Position numbers and translations under genes: made by a program. DNA of 63,738 nucleotides, counting the filler, from Pelomyxa schiedti (taxonomy: Eukaryota > Protista > Evosea), in the NCBI GenBank assembly GCA_020536535.1. It is 6 parts of 6 records of this genome, joined end to end, with 100 filler letters (N's around TTAATTAATTAA, not from the genome) between each part and the next. Parts side by side here need not be neighbours in the genome. Positions count along the whole stretch, not along the records: positions 17,507 to 33,649 come from JAHLWZ010000683.1; positions 33,750 to 55,448 come from JAHLWZ010000063.1; 4 more parts are not named here. One strand, 5' to 3'. The notes beneath the pieces were generated by a model. It was not told the DNA's origin and did no database searches. It saw only the letters and a list, made by a program, of their open reading frames with translations. Of the stretch, positions 23,441 through 34,347 are shown one piece after another; positions within the stretch are counted from its first letter, which is position 1; every line of letters begins with the position of its first letter.

Positions 23441-25972
23441 ATGGCCTTCAAATCAAAGTTCAGGCAAGTAGGCGACCCTGCGTTGATGTCACCATCACAA
23501 CCACCTCAACCAACACCACTACCTGTTGATGGCGAAGGTGGCCCTGCTCCAACTGCAAAAGGTAGGCTACATATTAATATGTATTAATAAAAACCTTGGT
23601 TCATGAGTACAACTGACCGTTTGTTTACCCCAGGAAAAGTTCCCAAAGCGAGCACAAAAACGAACCGGGTGTTACATTTTGATTCCGATACAGACTCTTC
23701 AGAGAGTAGAAAGAGAAAAGCAAGTGATTCAGATGGAGATAACGACTCTGGCTCTCGTAAGACAAAACACAGTGACTCTTCCAGCTCTCGCCAGGTGAGT
23801 ACCACAGACAGTGGAGAAGAGGAAAAGGAAAAAGAGCCTGTGGAAAGTAGTTCCAGCGACAGGGAGTCACAGAGTGATGACAGTGACTCCGACAAAGCAA
23901 GCGATTCAGAAAGTGGTTCCACGGCCAGTACTGCAAGCAGTGACCATAATAGAGTACTAAAGCGCTCTGTGAAGCCGGCCAAGAAAACAGTTTTGACTAG
24001 AAAGACACTCAAAAAGCCAGCAGCAAATACCGTTAAACCAACGGCACCCCAGAAGGTTATGGCAAAGACCAGATCTAAAGTCATTAAATCATCCAGCTCT
24101 GCTTCATCATCTGATACCTCTGCACATTCTTCCAGTTCTTCCTCACACTCAAAGTCCTCTTCTTCCGCCTCATCGTCTCCGGAATTAAAAGGAGGTAAGG
24201 GAAGAAATCTTGTATCCCATGCAAGCAAACCACCAACGAAAAGCAAAGCCACTGTCTCTAGGACAGGCTCACAAACGACTCATTCACCTCTGAAAGCGGA
24301 AAGAGCAGTTTCGATCGAAACAAACTCCACTGCTTCATCCAAGAATTTACCCAACAATGCAGCCAAGCCACCCAAAAATATGGAAGTCTTTGCTCAACAA
24401 CTTGGGAAAGGAAAGCATGGCACAGTGACTGTAATCTCTTCTGTGGAGAATGAATTGAAGGCTACTCCTTTTGTTTGATTAACTAAGCTAAACATTTCCC
24501 AGAAATTTGCTCTTAAGACTCAAGTCATTCGCAGCCCACATAATGTCAATGACGCTTCCTACCGTGAGTGGAGAGTGTTTGGAAGGCTTGCAGTCCTCGC
24601 TCAACGCCACATGTGCTTCAACTTTGTACTTCTAGTAGACTGGTTTAAAGTGAAGCGGCAACAGCAGTTCATCTCTTTTGTTCTAGAGCTGGCTGATGTG
24701 GTTCGTTGAACAGGCCCCATTCTTGTGATTTACTCCTTACCATAGCCACTGAGTGATGTGAAGACATTACCCCTTTTATCTTATCAGCAAATTTGCTTTC
24801 AACTCGTTTGGGCGATTTATATTGCACAAAAGGAGACCGAATTTGTATGAGTTTTTGGTACGGGAAAACCTTTCTAAATGCCTTCTATAGGTGCACTGGT
24901 ATTTCAAGAATTTACTACCTCCGTCCCAATGGAGCTCATCACTTTCACAGGGACCTGCACTCAGGCAACATTCTTCTTAAAAAGCAACCCGATACCCTCT
25001 TCAAGTACAAAGACCGGAAAGGCAACACTTGGTACACTTCAGGTTGGGTTGTGAAGGTACTCAGTGATTACTGCCACTAAGATTAACACCATTAAGATCA
25101 CTGATTTTGGACTATCGCGAATAAAGATGGAGAATGGAGAAATCATTTTCAATCGGAAGCAACCATTCTCAGAAGTGTTCAAAAGAGATGAGGATATTGA
25201 AAGTATTTTGAGGGATCTGTCTAAAATTTCGGTAGCTTCTCTGGTTGGCGTATGGATCTGATCTGAAACAGATATCAGAGTGGGAGAATAAGACCTCTGA
25301 CCAAGCTGTACTAACAAGCTTTAAGAAGGCCTTGCGGAAAGCAGCGCTTTCAGGCTCGCTTTATGTGAGTACTCTCCATTATATTCACGTTCCCACAAAG
25401 TTGTGTAGAAAGTTCTCATGCACGAATTCTTTGAACCCTTGCATTCCAAGCCAGAAAATTTCACCAGTAACATGAAAATAACAGTTTCCGAAGAAGGTTA
25501 CGCTAGCCCACAGAAAATAATCCCCGCGTCCACCTCCCACAAGTCAAACACAACCACAACAACCGCATCCGCTCTCAACAACTCACCCATGAAAAAGCCC
25601 ACCAAAAACAACACTGCCGGTACCACAAACAATCCCCCAACACCAAAAACGCCACAAACACCCAAATCACCCACTAAAACCACCAAAATACCCGCAACAC
25701 CATCAACAAGCAACAACAAAACCACTACAGCCAATAAACCACCAACGGCATCATCATCCAAAACACACAACAAGGAGCCACCAGAAACTCCCTCAACTCC
25801 AGCCTCAGACGAACAATCCCAATCCCAATCATCCTCATCCTCATCAACACCATCCCCTAAGCCAAAGCCCAAGTCAAAACCGAAACCAAAAACAGCAACC
25901 ACTACAAAATCCAACAACAAATCACCGGCAAAGAAACCCACAGCAAAGTCCCCAACCAAGAAGAGAACCTAA
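23441..25972 (+). CDS. Haspin-like Ser/Thr protein kinase with Ser/Lys-rich N- and C-terminal tails, multi-exon
   Basis: 'LGKGKHGTV', 'FALK', 'NFVLL', 'QICFQLVWAIYIAQKETEF-VH-WDLHSGNILL', 'KITDFGLSRI'. Compare haspin 'A(E)..L.FEHRDLHWGNVL' and 'DY(T)LSR'. No APE motif seen. Confidence 0.75.
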
Positions 25973-26093
25973 ATAGCACCCTGTTTTTTCTAATTAATTC
26001 TATCCTCTTCCGCTAACATCGAAAAAAGGCGAAAAGGAGAAAGAAAAAAAAGAGACCAATCAGTCCCGGTTGACGAAACTCGATGGTACCAAA

Positions 26094-26185
26094 CCCCCTG
26101 CCCCCCATCATCATCGTCCCCCTGTCGCCCTGTGCTATCCCCCCGCTGTGATGACATTACTCCTCACTTTTATCGATCACACAGT
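26094..26185. repeat. 92-bp exact duplicate of 17776-17867 next to a 10-N gap
   Basis: Direct sequence identity. Confidence 0.9.
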
Positions 26186-26255
26186 NNNNNNNNNNCCCCC
26201 CCCCCCCCCCCCCCCCCCCCTCCCCCCGCAGCGCCACACCGAAACTAACAACATT

Positions 26256-27140
26256 ATGGTACGTCCCTCCCATAATCCCAAACAAAAACAGCACAACGCC
26301 GCCGCCGCGCACCAAGTCCCAGCCGCACACCAGCCGCACAAGCTGACGGCCGACGTCTTTGTACGCCACGACGTCGCGGCGCTCCGGGCGTGGCTGGACA
26401 CGCAGCCGCCGGGCGAGAGGCGCAAGGGCCTCGTCGACCGCACGCACGTGCTGCCCAACAAGACCGCGCTGCACCTCGCCTGCGAGTCCTGCGACCTCGA
26501 CATGGTCCGCCTGCTCGTGCTCGGCGCCCCCGACGGCTCGGACGGCGGCGCCCGCGCCGACCCCGACGCCCGCTCGTCGCCGCTGCCGCCCCTGCGCGTC
26601 GCCGTCGGCAGGCAGCGGCCCGACATCGTCGCCGCGCTCCTCGAGGCCGGCGCCGACGCGAACCGCCGCGGCGCCGACGGCCTGACCCCTTTCTTCTTGG
26701 CGTGCGCCAACGGCAACGAGAAGATCGTCGAGGCGCTGCTCCCCCGCGCCGACCCCAACGCGGTGCTCGTCGTGCCGCAGAACTCGATCTACGCGCCCAT
26801 CCCATCATCCACTCCCACAGGCTCCTCGTCTACGTCAAAGGGAGCTGCAGCAGCCACCGGCAGCGCGTTCGGCGTGGCGTGCTGCAACGGCTGCATCAAG
26901 GTCGTCGGGCTGCTCCTGGACCGCGGCGCGGCGGATCCCACAATCCGGTACCTCGGGGAGACTCCGCTAACATTAGCACAGCGGTGGCACCCGCAGGTGG
27001 CGACGTTGATCAAGCGGCACCTGTGGAAGCCCGTTGGGGCACTGGCCGTTGCCATGCACCGACGAGCGGGGGCTGCATCTCCTGCTCGTGGGATGTCATC
27101 ATTCCTGCTGCAGCACATCGCATTCTACTTGCTGATATGA
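26256..27140 (+). CDS. Intronless ankyrin-repeat protein with C-terminal 'H.R.G..SP' box
   Basis: ANK repeats 'KTALHLAC..DLDMVRLLV', 'PPLRVAV..DIVAALLEAGADAN', 'GLTPFFLACANGNEKIVEALL', 'GETPLTLA'. The C-terminus is 'VGALAVAMHRRAGAASPARGMSSFLLQHIAFYLLI*'. Confidence 0.85.
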   Translation: MVRPSHNPKQKQHNAAAAHQVPAAHQPHKLTADVFVRHDVAALRAWLDTQPPGERRKGLVDRTHVLPNKTALHLACESCDLDMVRLLVLGAPDGSDGGARADPDARSSPLPPLRVAVGRQRPDIVAALLEAGADANRRGADGLTPFFLACANGNEKIVEALLPRADPNAVLVVPQNSIYAPIPSSTPTGSSSTSKGAAAATGSAFGVACCNGCIKVVGLLLDRGAADPTIRYLGETPLTLAQRWHPQVATLIKRHLWKPVGALAVAMHRRAGAASPARGMSSFLLQHIAFYLLI

Positions 27141-27662
27141 TTCACTGGTGTGTATTATAGGTTTATATGTATAAAGTTTATTTTTAAAGTGTTAAATTGG
27201 TTCCGATTGTTCTGGGTTTTTTTCTATTTGGTTTATTGACTGTCATTTTATATGCATGTGATACTTATTTAAGTGGTTTACTATGTAATGGGGTTTTTCC
27301 GGGTCTGTGCACCTTTTACTGACTTACGTTCATGTTACAGAATTTCTTATGAACATGTGAGTGGTTGTTGAATGACTACACACAAATTGGCCAGTCAAAC
27401 ACTCCGGTACTCAAATCAAGATACTGCCGGGAACGCAACGCGGAAAATACTGTAAACCACTACTCCACAAGGGCACACACAAACTGACAGAGAGAATATT
27501 TGGTGTATATGTATGTTTGGCGGAATCTCCCTGGCACAATGTTGTGTTGTTGTGTAGAGGCTTCATGTTCAAAAAAAAAAATTTCTTTTATTGAATTGGG
27601 CATATCAGTCAAAAGAATGATAGCCCGCATAAATTGAGTCTGTTCTGAGCAGGTTGGTGTTG

Positions 27663-30439
27663 CTAGCTGAAAATTGTGCTGTAGTTGGATATGAGAGTCT
27701 GGACAGTGGTGTTTGAACTGGCAACATCACTGAGTGCCTTGAGGCGCTCCTGTAGTGTCACATCGGCAGGGGGCCTCTCCCCTGGTGCGAGGGGTTCCCT
27801 GGGCCTCCACATTAGGCACGGTCCGAGTACAATGGCAATGTTCTCTGTAGTCATAAGGTTCACTTCGCTTTCCTTTTGTATGTCCACGGCAAGTTTCAGT
27901 ACCGCATGTAGAAGCACCCTGCGTTGCAAGTTGTGAGGGAAAAACTTGCTGGGGAAAAGGGATTTCCACATACTGGTGGTCTTCGGGCAGTTTGGAGGTA
28001 AGGGTTCTGATGGCTTCCCATTTCTTTGGACCAGGTTCCATTGCTGGAAATGAGGTGTGATGAAGTAGTAGGTGGTACAGGTAAATGGGGGTAAGTTTGG
28101 GTTACATACGGTTAAGGTTTATCCAGTCCTCGAACATGCTGGAAGGTATTGTGGGCTCCGGCAATTCCCTCAGGTAGTACCTAAATCCGTTAGAATTCGA
28201 CTTCTTTTCCGGAGTTGAACTTCAGTAACGAAGCTACAGTGTGTGGATCAGTGGTCATAGTGGCAAGTGGTGCAGAAACTCTGTTGTTGTATGCACGTTT
28301 GAGTGCTTCAAGCTCACTGTGGGTCGGGGATAATCTCAGAATACCCTGTACAGTTAGACCTAGAGTGGAAATCAGAGAAATTCCTGTTGGATAGAAGTAA
28401 CCTTTTTCGCGGAGATAGGTCAAACAATCAGATACGATCAAGGGAAGGTCAGGAAGAACTTGGTTTGGTGCGGATACCTTGGGTGGGTGAGGGGGTGAGG
28501 ATGTAGGTGAAAGTTCACCTGGGGGATGGGGAGGTGGTGCGCTTGGGGGTGGGGTGGGAGGTGTGGAAGCCGGTTTGGCTGGAGTAGGTAGAGAACTTGT
28601 TGCGCTGTCAACGTTGGTGTGTGACGGAGCGGTTGTGGGCGTGGTGGTATTACTACTTTGTGTTGTGGTTGAAGTTGAAACTGTTGACAAGGGTTTTGTT
28701 GGTGTTGAGGAAGAAAAGTGCAGGGCATCTGCACGGGCCCTGGCCTCGAGAACTGCATACTCAAGTGGGGCACCAAATATTGGCTTCCTGTTACTGTCAG
28801 TGGAACTATTTGGGAATTAGAATCAGAAAAGAGTCCAATGTCAAACTTACACAAGAACAGATGGTGGAACTGTGAGTGATACTGGCAGCATTTCAGAAAG
28901 AACGGCAAGAGATTTTACATAGGTCTAAGGTTGTTATTTCGGATTTTCTGACAATAATTTGGTAGTACCAATTTCTTCCAGAATTTTTGGGATACAAATG
29001 GTCGGAAGAGACTAAAAATCATTTTTAGCCACGAAGTCGCATCAACGATATACAGTAATTTGAGGTTCTTTTTGTACCTGCCCGATATTATAAAGGATCA
29101 ATAGATTGGACACATACTTCCGATTGAATAATGTATATACTTTTTTTAACCAAGAGAAAGTCGGGTAATTGTCGGGTGACATCTGCCATCATAATAAACA
29201 CGAAAACCTGGAACTTCTTTCCATACGTTGGTGTGAATGTATACTACAACAAATTCAGAAGAGACAATGGAGTCCATTGTCCGAATACAAAATAGTAATA
29301 TCTCGTGGAGAGGAAATCTTAATACCGTTAGAGCGGAGGGAATTTTTGCCAAGTGTTACTTTTTTGCAGGAAGCTTGGATCCAATTATAACTACAACAGG
29401 CCTGCTTTCCTTATCAAGTCCTGTGAGTTCAATCACATCGTAAACATACGACAGTCAACATACCTGATTGGTACAAAAAACCGAGTTTCTCCATTTCAGA
29501 GAAGTCCTGGGTTCGGGCTATTTCAAGAAGGTTTTGATATTCTGTATCAGAGGCACTTTGCAGCTTTTGTGGAGCGCCAGAAGACAGAGCGGACACGGAG
29601 GCAGAAGAAGGTGGAGTTGGAGGGGGCTGTACCGGGCGAGGCATTGCCATTGAGTCTAAAGTTGTGAAGCATTAGAGTTGGGAGTAATTGAGATACATCA
29701 TACTGCGGTTCTTGTTTGGTGGTGCGGGTACAGGCCGGGTTGGAACCTGGTGTTTTGGCCGTGGTGGCAGCGCTGCCGCAGTCACTGGCGGCGACTTTGA
29801 GGGACTCGGAGGTTCCACTGAATTGTTCGATTTCATCACAGCTTGCTCCTCAGATTTGGTACACTGTGTTGTGCTGGTTCCGTCCCCTAAGGGTGTCCCC
29901 TTTGCTTCGACCTTCTCCTTTGGTGCACTTTCCACAGAAGCAACAACATCCACCCCTGATTCCTCCTCAGTGTTGTTAATTCCACGTGTTCCTTCACCAC
30001 TCACAGAACAAGTACTGCTAGTATTGCTTGTACTAATACAAGCAGAGTCAGTTTCCACACATGCAGTTTGGGGAATTCGCAGTTGCCCGTCCCCGCATTT
30101 CGCAGCAGTGACGTCATCGCCTCCTTCGTCGTCGCCTCCGGGCTCGTCGGCGTCGTCGCCGGGCTTGTCGTCCCTGTGCAGTGCAACCACTTCCCTGATC
30201 ACCGCGTCGATGGGGTGCTCGTCGACGCACACGCCGGAGCCCTCGCGCTCGTCGGACTCGAGCAGCGCCTCGAGCAGCCGGGACCTGGACGTGGACTCCC
30301 GCACCCTGTTGCTGGGCAACGACGGCGGATTGTCGGACGCGGCGCTAGGGGGAGGCGTGGCTACGGCGGCGCAGCTGTTTCCGCTTTTGGCGCTGCTCGT
30401 TGTGGCTGGCGCGTCCGAACCGGCATCCCTGCTGCTCAT
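27663..30439 (-). CDS. BCH/CRAL-TRIO + RhoGAP protein (ARHGAP1/p50RhoGAP-like architecture), multi-exon
   Basis: BCH: 'ARTQDFSEMEKLGFLY', 'DKESRPVVVI', 'MDSIVSSEFVVVYIHT', 'WLKKVY..RKYKKNLKLLYIV..RPFVSQKFWKKL'. GAP: 'LPLIVSDCLTYL', 'QGILRLS', 'DPHTVASLLK-YYLRELPEP', 'NLMTTENIAIVLGPCLM'. Confidence 0.88.
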
Positions 30440-30542
30440 TTTTAGCAGAACGTCGATCAAACAAAGTTTTCAATGAAAACGGTCTTGTTTATGAGACAGA
30501 ACATACTTACATTGGCACACAATTTTGCAGTGTGAGTGTGAT

Positions 30543-31541
30543 TTAGGGACCATGAAGACGGATGAGTGTGCGGCAAATGCGTTCAAAGAGCTTGGTGACA
30601 TTGGCACCGCTTTTGGCACTGCATTCAAAGAACAAGGGCTGGATTGTGCCACGGGTTTCTGGGAATGTATCACGTAGGAATGCCTCGGCTTTTGAGGAAT
30701 TCACGGCTCTCTGGCTTTCAAGGTCTGATTTGCTCCCAACAAGAACAAGCAACAAGTTATTGTTGGGGGTACATACTTTGAGCTCATTGGCCCACCTTTG
30801 GGCCACTTGGAAAGATTCCTTTTGAGAATGTTAGTTTACAACTGAGTGTTGAATAAATACACACTACGCTTGTAATATCATACACTGAAGAAGGAAAAAG
30901 AAAAAAGAAGTAAGTGTTAAGCCCCAAATAGAAACACAAAGAGAGTGACACCTACAATGGCAACCGCATCTAAGTTTGAGTGAGCAATAAAGTTACAAAT
31001 CGGGACTTACTGTTGTACCACGAAGGGCGCAGGGGTGTTAGGAACCTGCGGTCACCTTTACTGAGTGAGTAACTCTTATTTTTGAGAAATATCATTTTTA
31101 TATATTATATTATTAGATAATATCGACCGTGGTCAGAATCCCATATCTATCAGAAGTTAGTAACAGAACAGTGGGCACTGTTAACCTCAAGTTTCATTGT
31201 GCGCGAATCAACAGTAGCACGATGAATCTGATATGCCGGCCTATTGAGTTTAACAATTAATCAACGAAAAGATGGCAGGGGCGGGTGGGGGAGGGCCTCA
31301 CTCACCCTACAAGTGAAGTAGGCGTCTCAACAAAGCGGCCGTCGTGAACGTAACAGTCAATGAGGTGTGTTTTACCGGACCCGGGGTGCCCATGCACGGC
31401 AACTTTAATGCCAGTGTCCAGCCTACTTGGCCCATCCAAACGCGGCGGCTCTTGTGTCACACACATCACATTAGTGTAAGTTGGTTGGCCTGGCCAGGCC
31501 ACAGAAGGAAACATACCACTGTATGATGACGATACACCCAT
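30543..31541 (-). CDS. Atypical Rab-family small GTPase (Rab5/21-like features), multi-exon with micro-exons
   Basis: P-loop 'GHPGSGKT', 'IWDSDHG', 'AIV-VYDIT', 'WANELK', 'LVGSKSDLE', 'FFECSAKSGANV'. N-terminal MGVSSS, no C-terminal Cys. Confidence 0.85.
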
Positions 31542-31614
31542 CTTCCCCCCGGAACTAACGGATTATTTTCGAGCGTTGTGGAATCAAAAAATTGTTGATA
31601 ATTTCCTTATCTAT

Positions 31615-31743
31615 CAACAAGTTATTGTAAGGGGTACATACTTTGAGCTCATTGGCCCACACTGTGCCCTTCGTGGCACAGTGCAGTAAGTCCTGATTTG
31701 TGGGCACTTTGAACCTCAATTTTCACTGTGTGAGAATGCAAGT
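31615..31743. pseudogene. Scrambled remnant of the adjacent Rab gene
   Basis: 31615-31660 matches 30750-30795. 31665-31701 matches 30995-31029 inverted. 31700-31743 matches 31171-31214. Confidence 0.75.
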
Positions 31744-31750
31744 GGTTCCA

Positions 31751-31981
31751 TCAACCAAAAAAATGCGTTTTTATGTAATGTGGGCCAATGTTGTTATTCC
31801 CAGGCAACAGTTGGGTGAGTTGTCTCACGTGGGTTGTCAGAATCTGTAAACTGGGCATGACAACATCCACTTGGTACCGCTCTGAAACCTGGATGTTGAC
31901 TGAGTGAGATTTGGAAACGAAAACCACTGACCTGGAATCCAAGACTTTGAGCAACGGGTGTGTCATGTCATGTGTGTTGCG

Positions 31982-32015
<34 letters not shown>

Positions 32016-33649
32016 TTCAGAGTTAAAACTGGTGAATAAAAGGGAACAGATACAGCAGCACACACGTTTCCATAATAACTCCTGCATGAGAACTCCCGGT
32101 TCTTCTCACATGCTTCACACAAGTCATAGTCATTGCACACCTTTGGCTCACTTCAGTCTTTTTCGAGATTATTGTGGTGGGATGGAGACACACCAAGCAC
32201 TTCCAGTTGATTCCCTTGCAGCTCCCCATGCATTTAGAACCTTTCCCGTCACATGAGGCACCTCGCGGATTGTTTCCGCGCCGACCGGGGGGATGCAAGT
32301 CATTCTCAGGAACAACCACCTCCCAGAATTTTGAGTGCTCGTGATCGAGCGGTCCTGCTTTTCGGCAAGTGGAACATATTTTGTAACTCTCACATTCAGA
32401 GCACTGTTTGCAATAAATGGGGGTCAGTCAGATTCATTCATTGATTGTGAGAGCATGAATGAAAACCTGATACTGAACTTCACCAAAGGGTCCGGCACAC
32501 ACACTGCAAATTCCGGCATGAATTGAATGTGATGGGTGAAGTCTGAGGTTCGGTTGGGTCCACCTGAAAGGTGTGGACACTTTTGCCATGAGATGGGTTC
32601 TGTCGTCAAAGAGAAAAGAGTGAGAGATGGGGTGGCAGAAAAAGACGTCGACGAACCTCGGGTGATGAGATTCACAGTTTTCACACAAATAAACATCATT
32701 GCAATGAAGGCACTTGAAGAAAACTTCCATTGGAAATGCATTGCAATGGTCACAACCNNNNNNNNNNNNNNNNNNNNNNNNNNNNNNNNNNNNNNNNNNN
32801 NNNNNNNNNNNNNNNNNNNNNNNNNNNNNNNNNNNNNNNNNNNNNNNNNNNNNNNNNGTCGACGAACCTCGGGTGATGAGATTCACAGTTTTCACACAAA
32901 TAAACATCATTGCAATGAAGGCACTTGAAGAAAACTTCCATTGGAAATGCATTGCAATGGTCACAACCTCTGGGATGATTTGTGAAGATGGGAATGGCAA
33001 TAAAAGAGGGGATAGAACTGTCGGTTTCTTACATGTGAGAAACATCGAAAAATATCTTCTCCCACCAAGAAGCATCGTTGCGACCTGTCGGGAGAACAAT
33101 TCTGCTGTGTGAATATGCAACCACAACTTCTGCAATTTTGGATGGAGGTGCAGCTGGTTCTTCTTCTTCAGGATCCGGTTGTGTTTCTGCTGGCTGAACA
33201 GCAACTGTGACAGCAGGAGCGGTGGGAGCAGTGACTGCCGTGGAGGGATCAGTTACCACGGATCCTATTGCACCAACCGCGTTATTTGCGGAAGGCGAAG
33301 GTGCAGGTGTTTGTTTGTCTCCACCGGTGGATGAAGTCCCATCATCATCCTTGGTTGTTGTTGTTGTTCCTGTTGGAGCTTCTTCTGTTGTTGTTGTTGT
33401 TGCTGTTTTTGCTGTTGTTGTTGCGGCGGCGGCGGCTTCTTCAGCGAGTCTCTGCCTTTCAGCCTCCGCAGCGACTTGCTTCTCCATCCTCTCGGCTCTC
33501 CTCTTTGCCCTCAGCCCCCTCTCAATCACGACCCTCTGCCTTTCCTTCTCGTCCTCGATTGCCTTGGCCTCGGCAGCAGCCTTCTCCCTCGCGGCGGCCT
33601 TCTCGGCCTCCAACGCGGCCATCTGCTCCGGCGTCATCTCGTCAGGCAC
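31751..33649 (-). CDS. ZZ-type zinc-finger protein (at least two ZZ-like fingers) with coiled-coil N-terminal part, 5' truncated
   Basis: 'CDHCNAFPMEVFFKCLHCNDVYLCENCE..H...THLMAK' and 'SCDG..C..INWKCL-CNDYDLCEACE..HDMTHPLLK'. Confidence 0.75.
31983..32014. repeat. (TG)n microsatellite, intronic
   Basis: Direct observation. Confidence 0.95.
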
Positions 33650-33749
33650 NNNNNNNNNNNNNNNNNNNNNNNNNNNNNNNNNNNNNNNNNNNNTTAATTA
33701 ATTAANNNNNNNNNNNNNNNNNNNNNNNNNNNNNNNNNNNNNNNNNNNN

Positions 33750-34223
33750 CGAGTTGAGCTTGTATTTGTCAGCTGCGGTGTTGCTGTTGTAGAGCGACAC
33801 AGCCCTATGCAGGTCACACTCCACGCCCACGCCGTGCTGGTGGCACCACCCGAGCCGCGCAATGGCCCCGTTGTCGCCCAAGTCGGCAGCCATGGTCCAC
33901 GCCGACACCGCCTTGTCCACGTCGCGGTGGGGATTGTGAGACACCCCATTCTCATCAACAACAACAACGCCGCCGCCGCCGCCGCTGGAGCCACAACCAC
34001 CACCATCAGTTCCGTTGTAGTACTCGCGACCAATGAGGAACAGGCCCTGGCCATCATGTGCCATGCGGTACCAGTGCTGTGCCTGGTCCAGGTTCTTGGC
34101 CACTCCACGTCTGCTGTGGTGGTGACACCGGGCCAGTTGATACATGGCGTTGGTGTCTCCGGTGTTGGCCTTCTCGACTAGGGAACCTATGCCGTCAACG
34201 TTCTGTTTCTGCAGTGCGTCCAT
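33750..34223 (-). CDS. Sel1-like repeat protein, 3' truncated by scaffold end
   Basis: 'GDTNAMYQLARCH..GVAKNLDQAQHWYRMA', 'RDVDKAVSAWTMAADLGDNGAIARLGWCHQHGVGVECDLHRAVSLY'. Confidence 0.88.
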
Positions 34224-34347
34224 TAGCGTTTCTGAACGTTTGATTTTTTGATCACGAGAAGAAAGTAAAAAGCTTGTTACTTTACACATCGCTTAGACAC
34301 GTAGTCTTTCTACAAATTTCTGTTAAATCTGGTGCACATTACACTTT

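Noticed and set aside
26094-26228. 92-bp copy of the UBA-gene start fused to the ankyrin ORF (ORF 26070)
   Set aside because: It abuts an N gap and poly-C tract, so mis-scaffolding is likely. The ankyrin gene more plausibly starts at ATG 26256.
32648-32967. Direct repeats of about 110-120 bp flanking 100-N gaps (also around 36211, 39587, 53233, 58701 and the 54602 gap)
   Set aside because: Exact duplicates on both sides of gaps are unmerged contig overlaps, not tandem exon duplications or CRISPR-like arrays.
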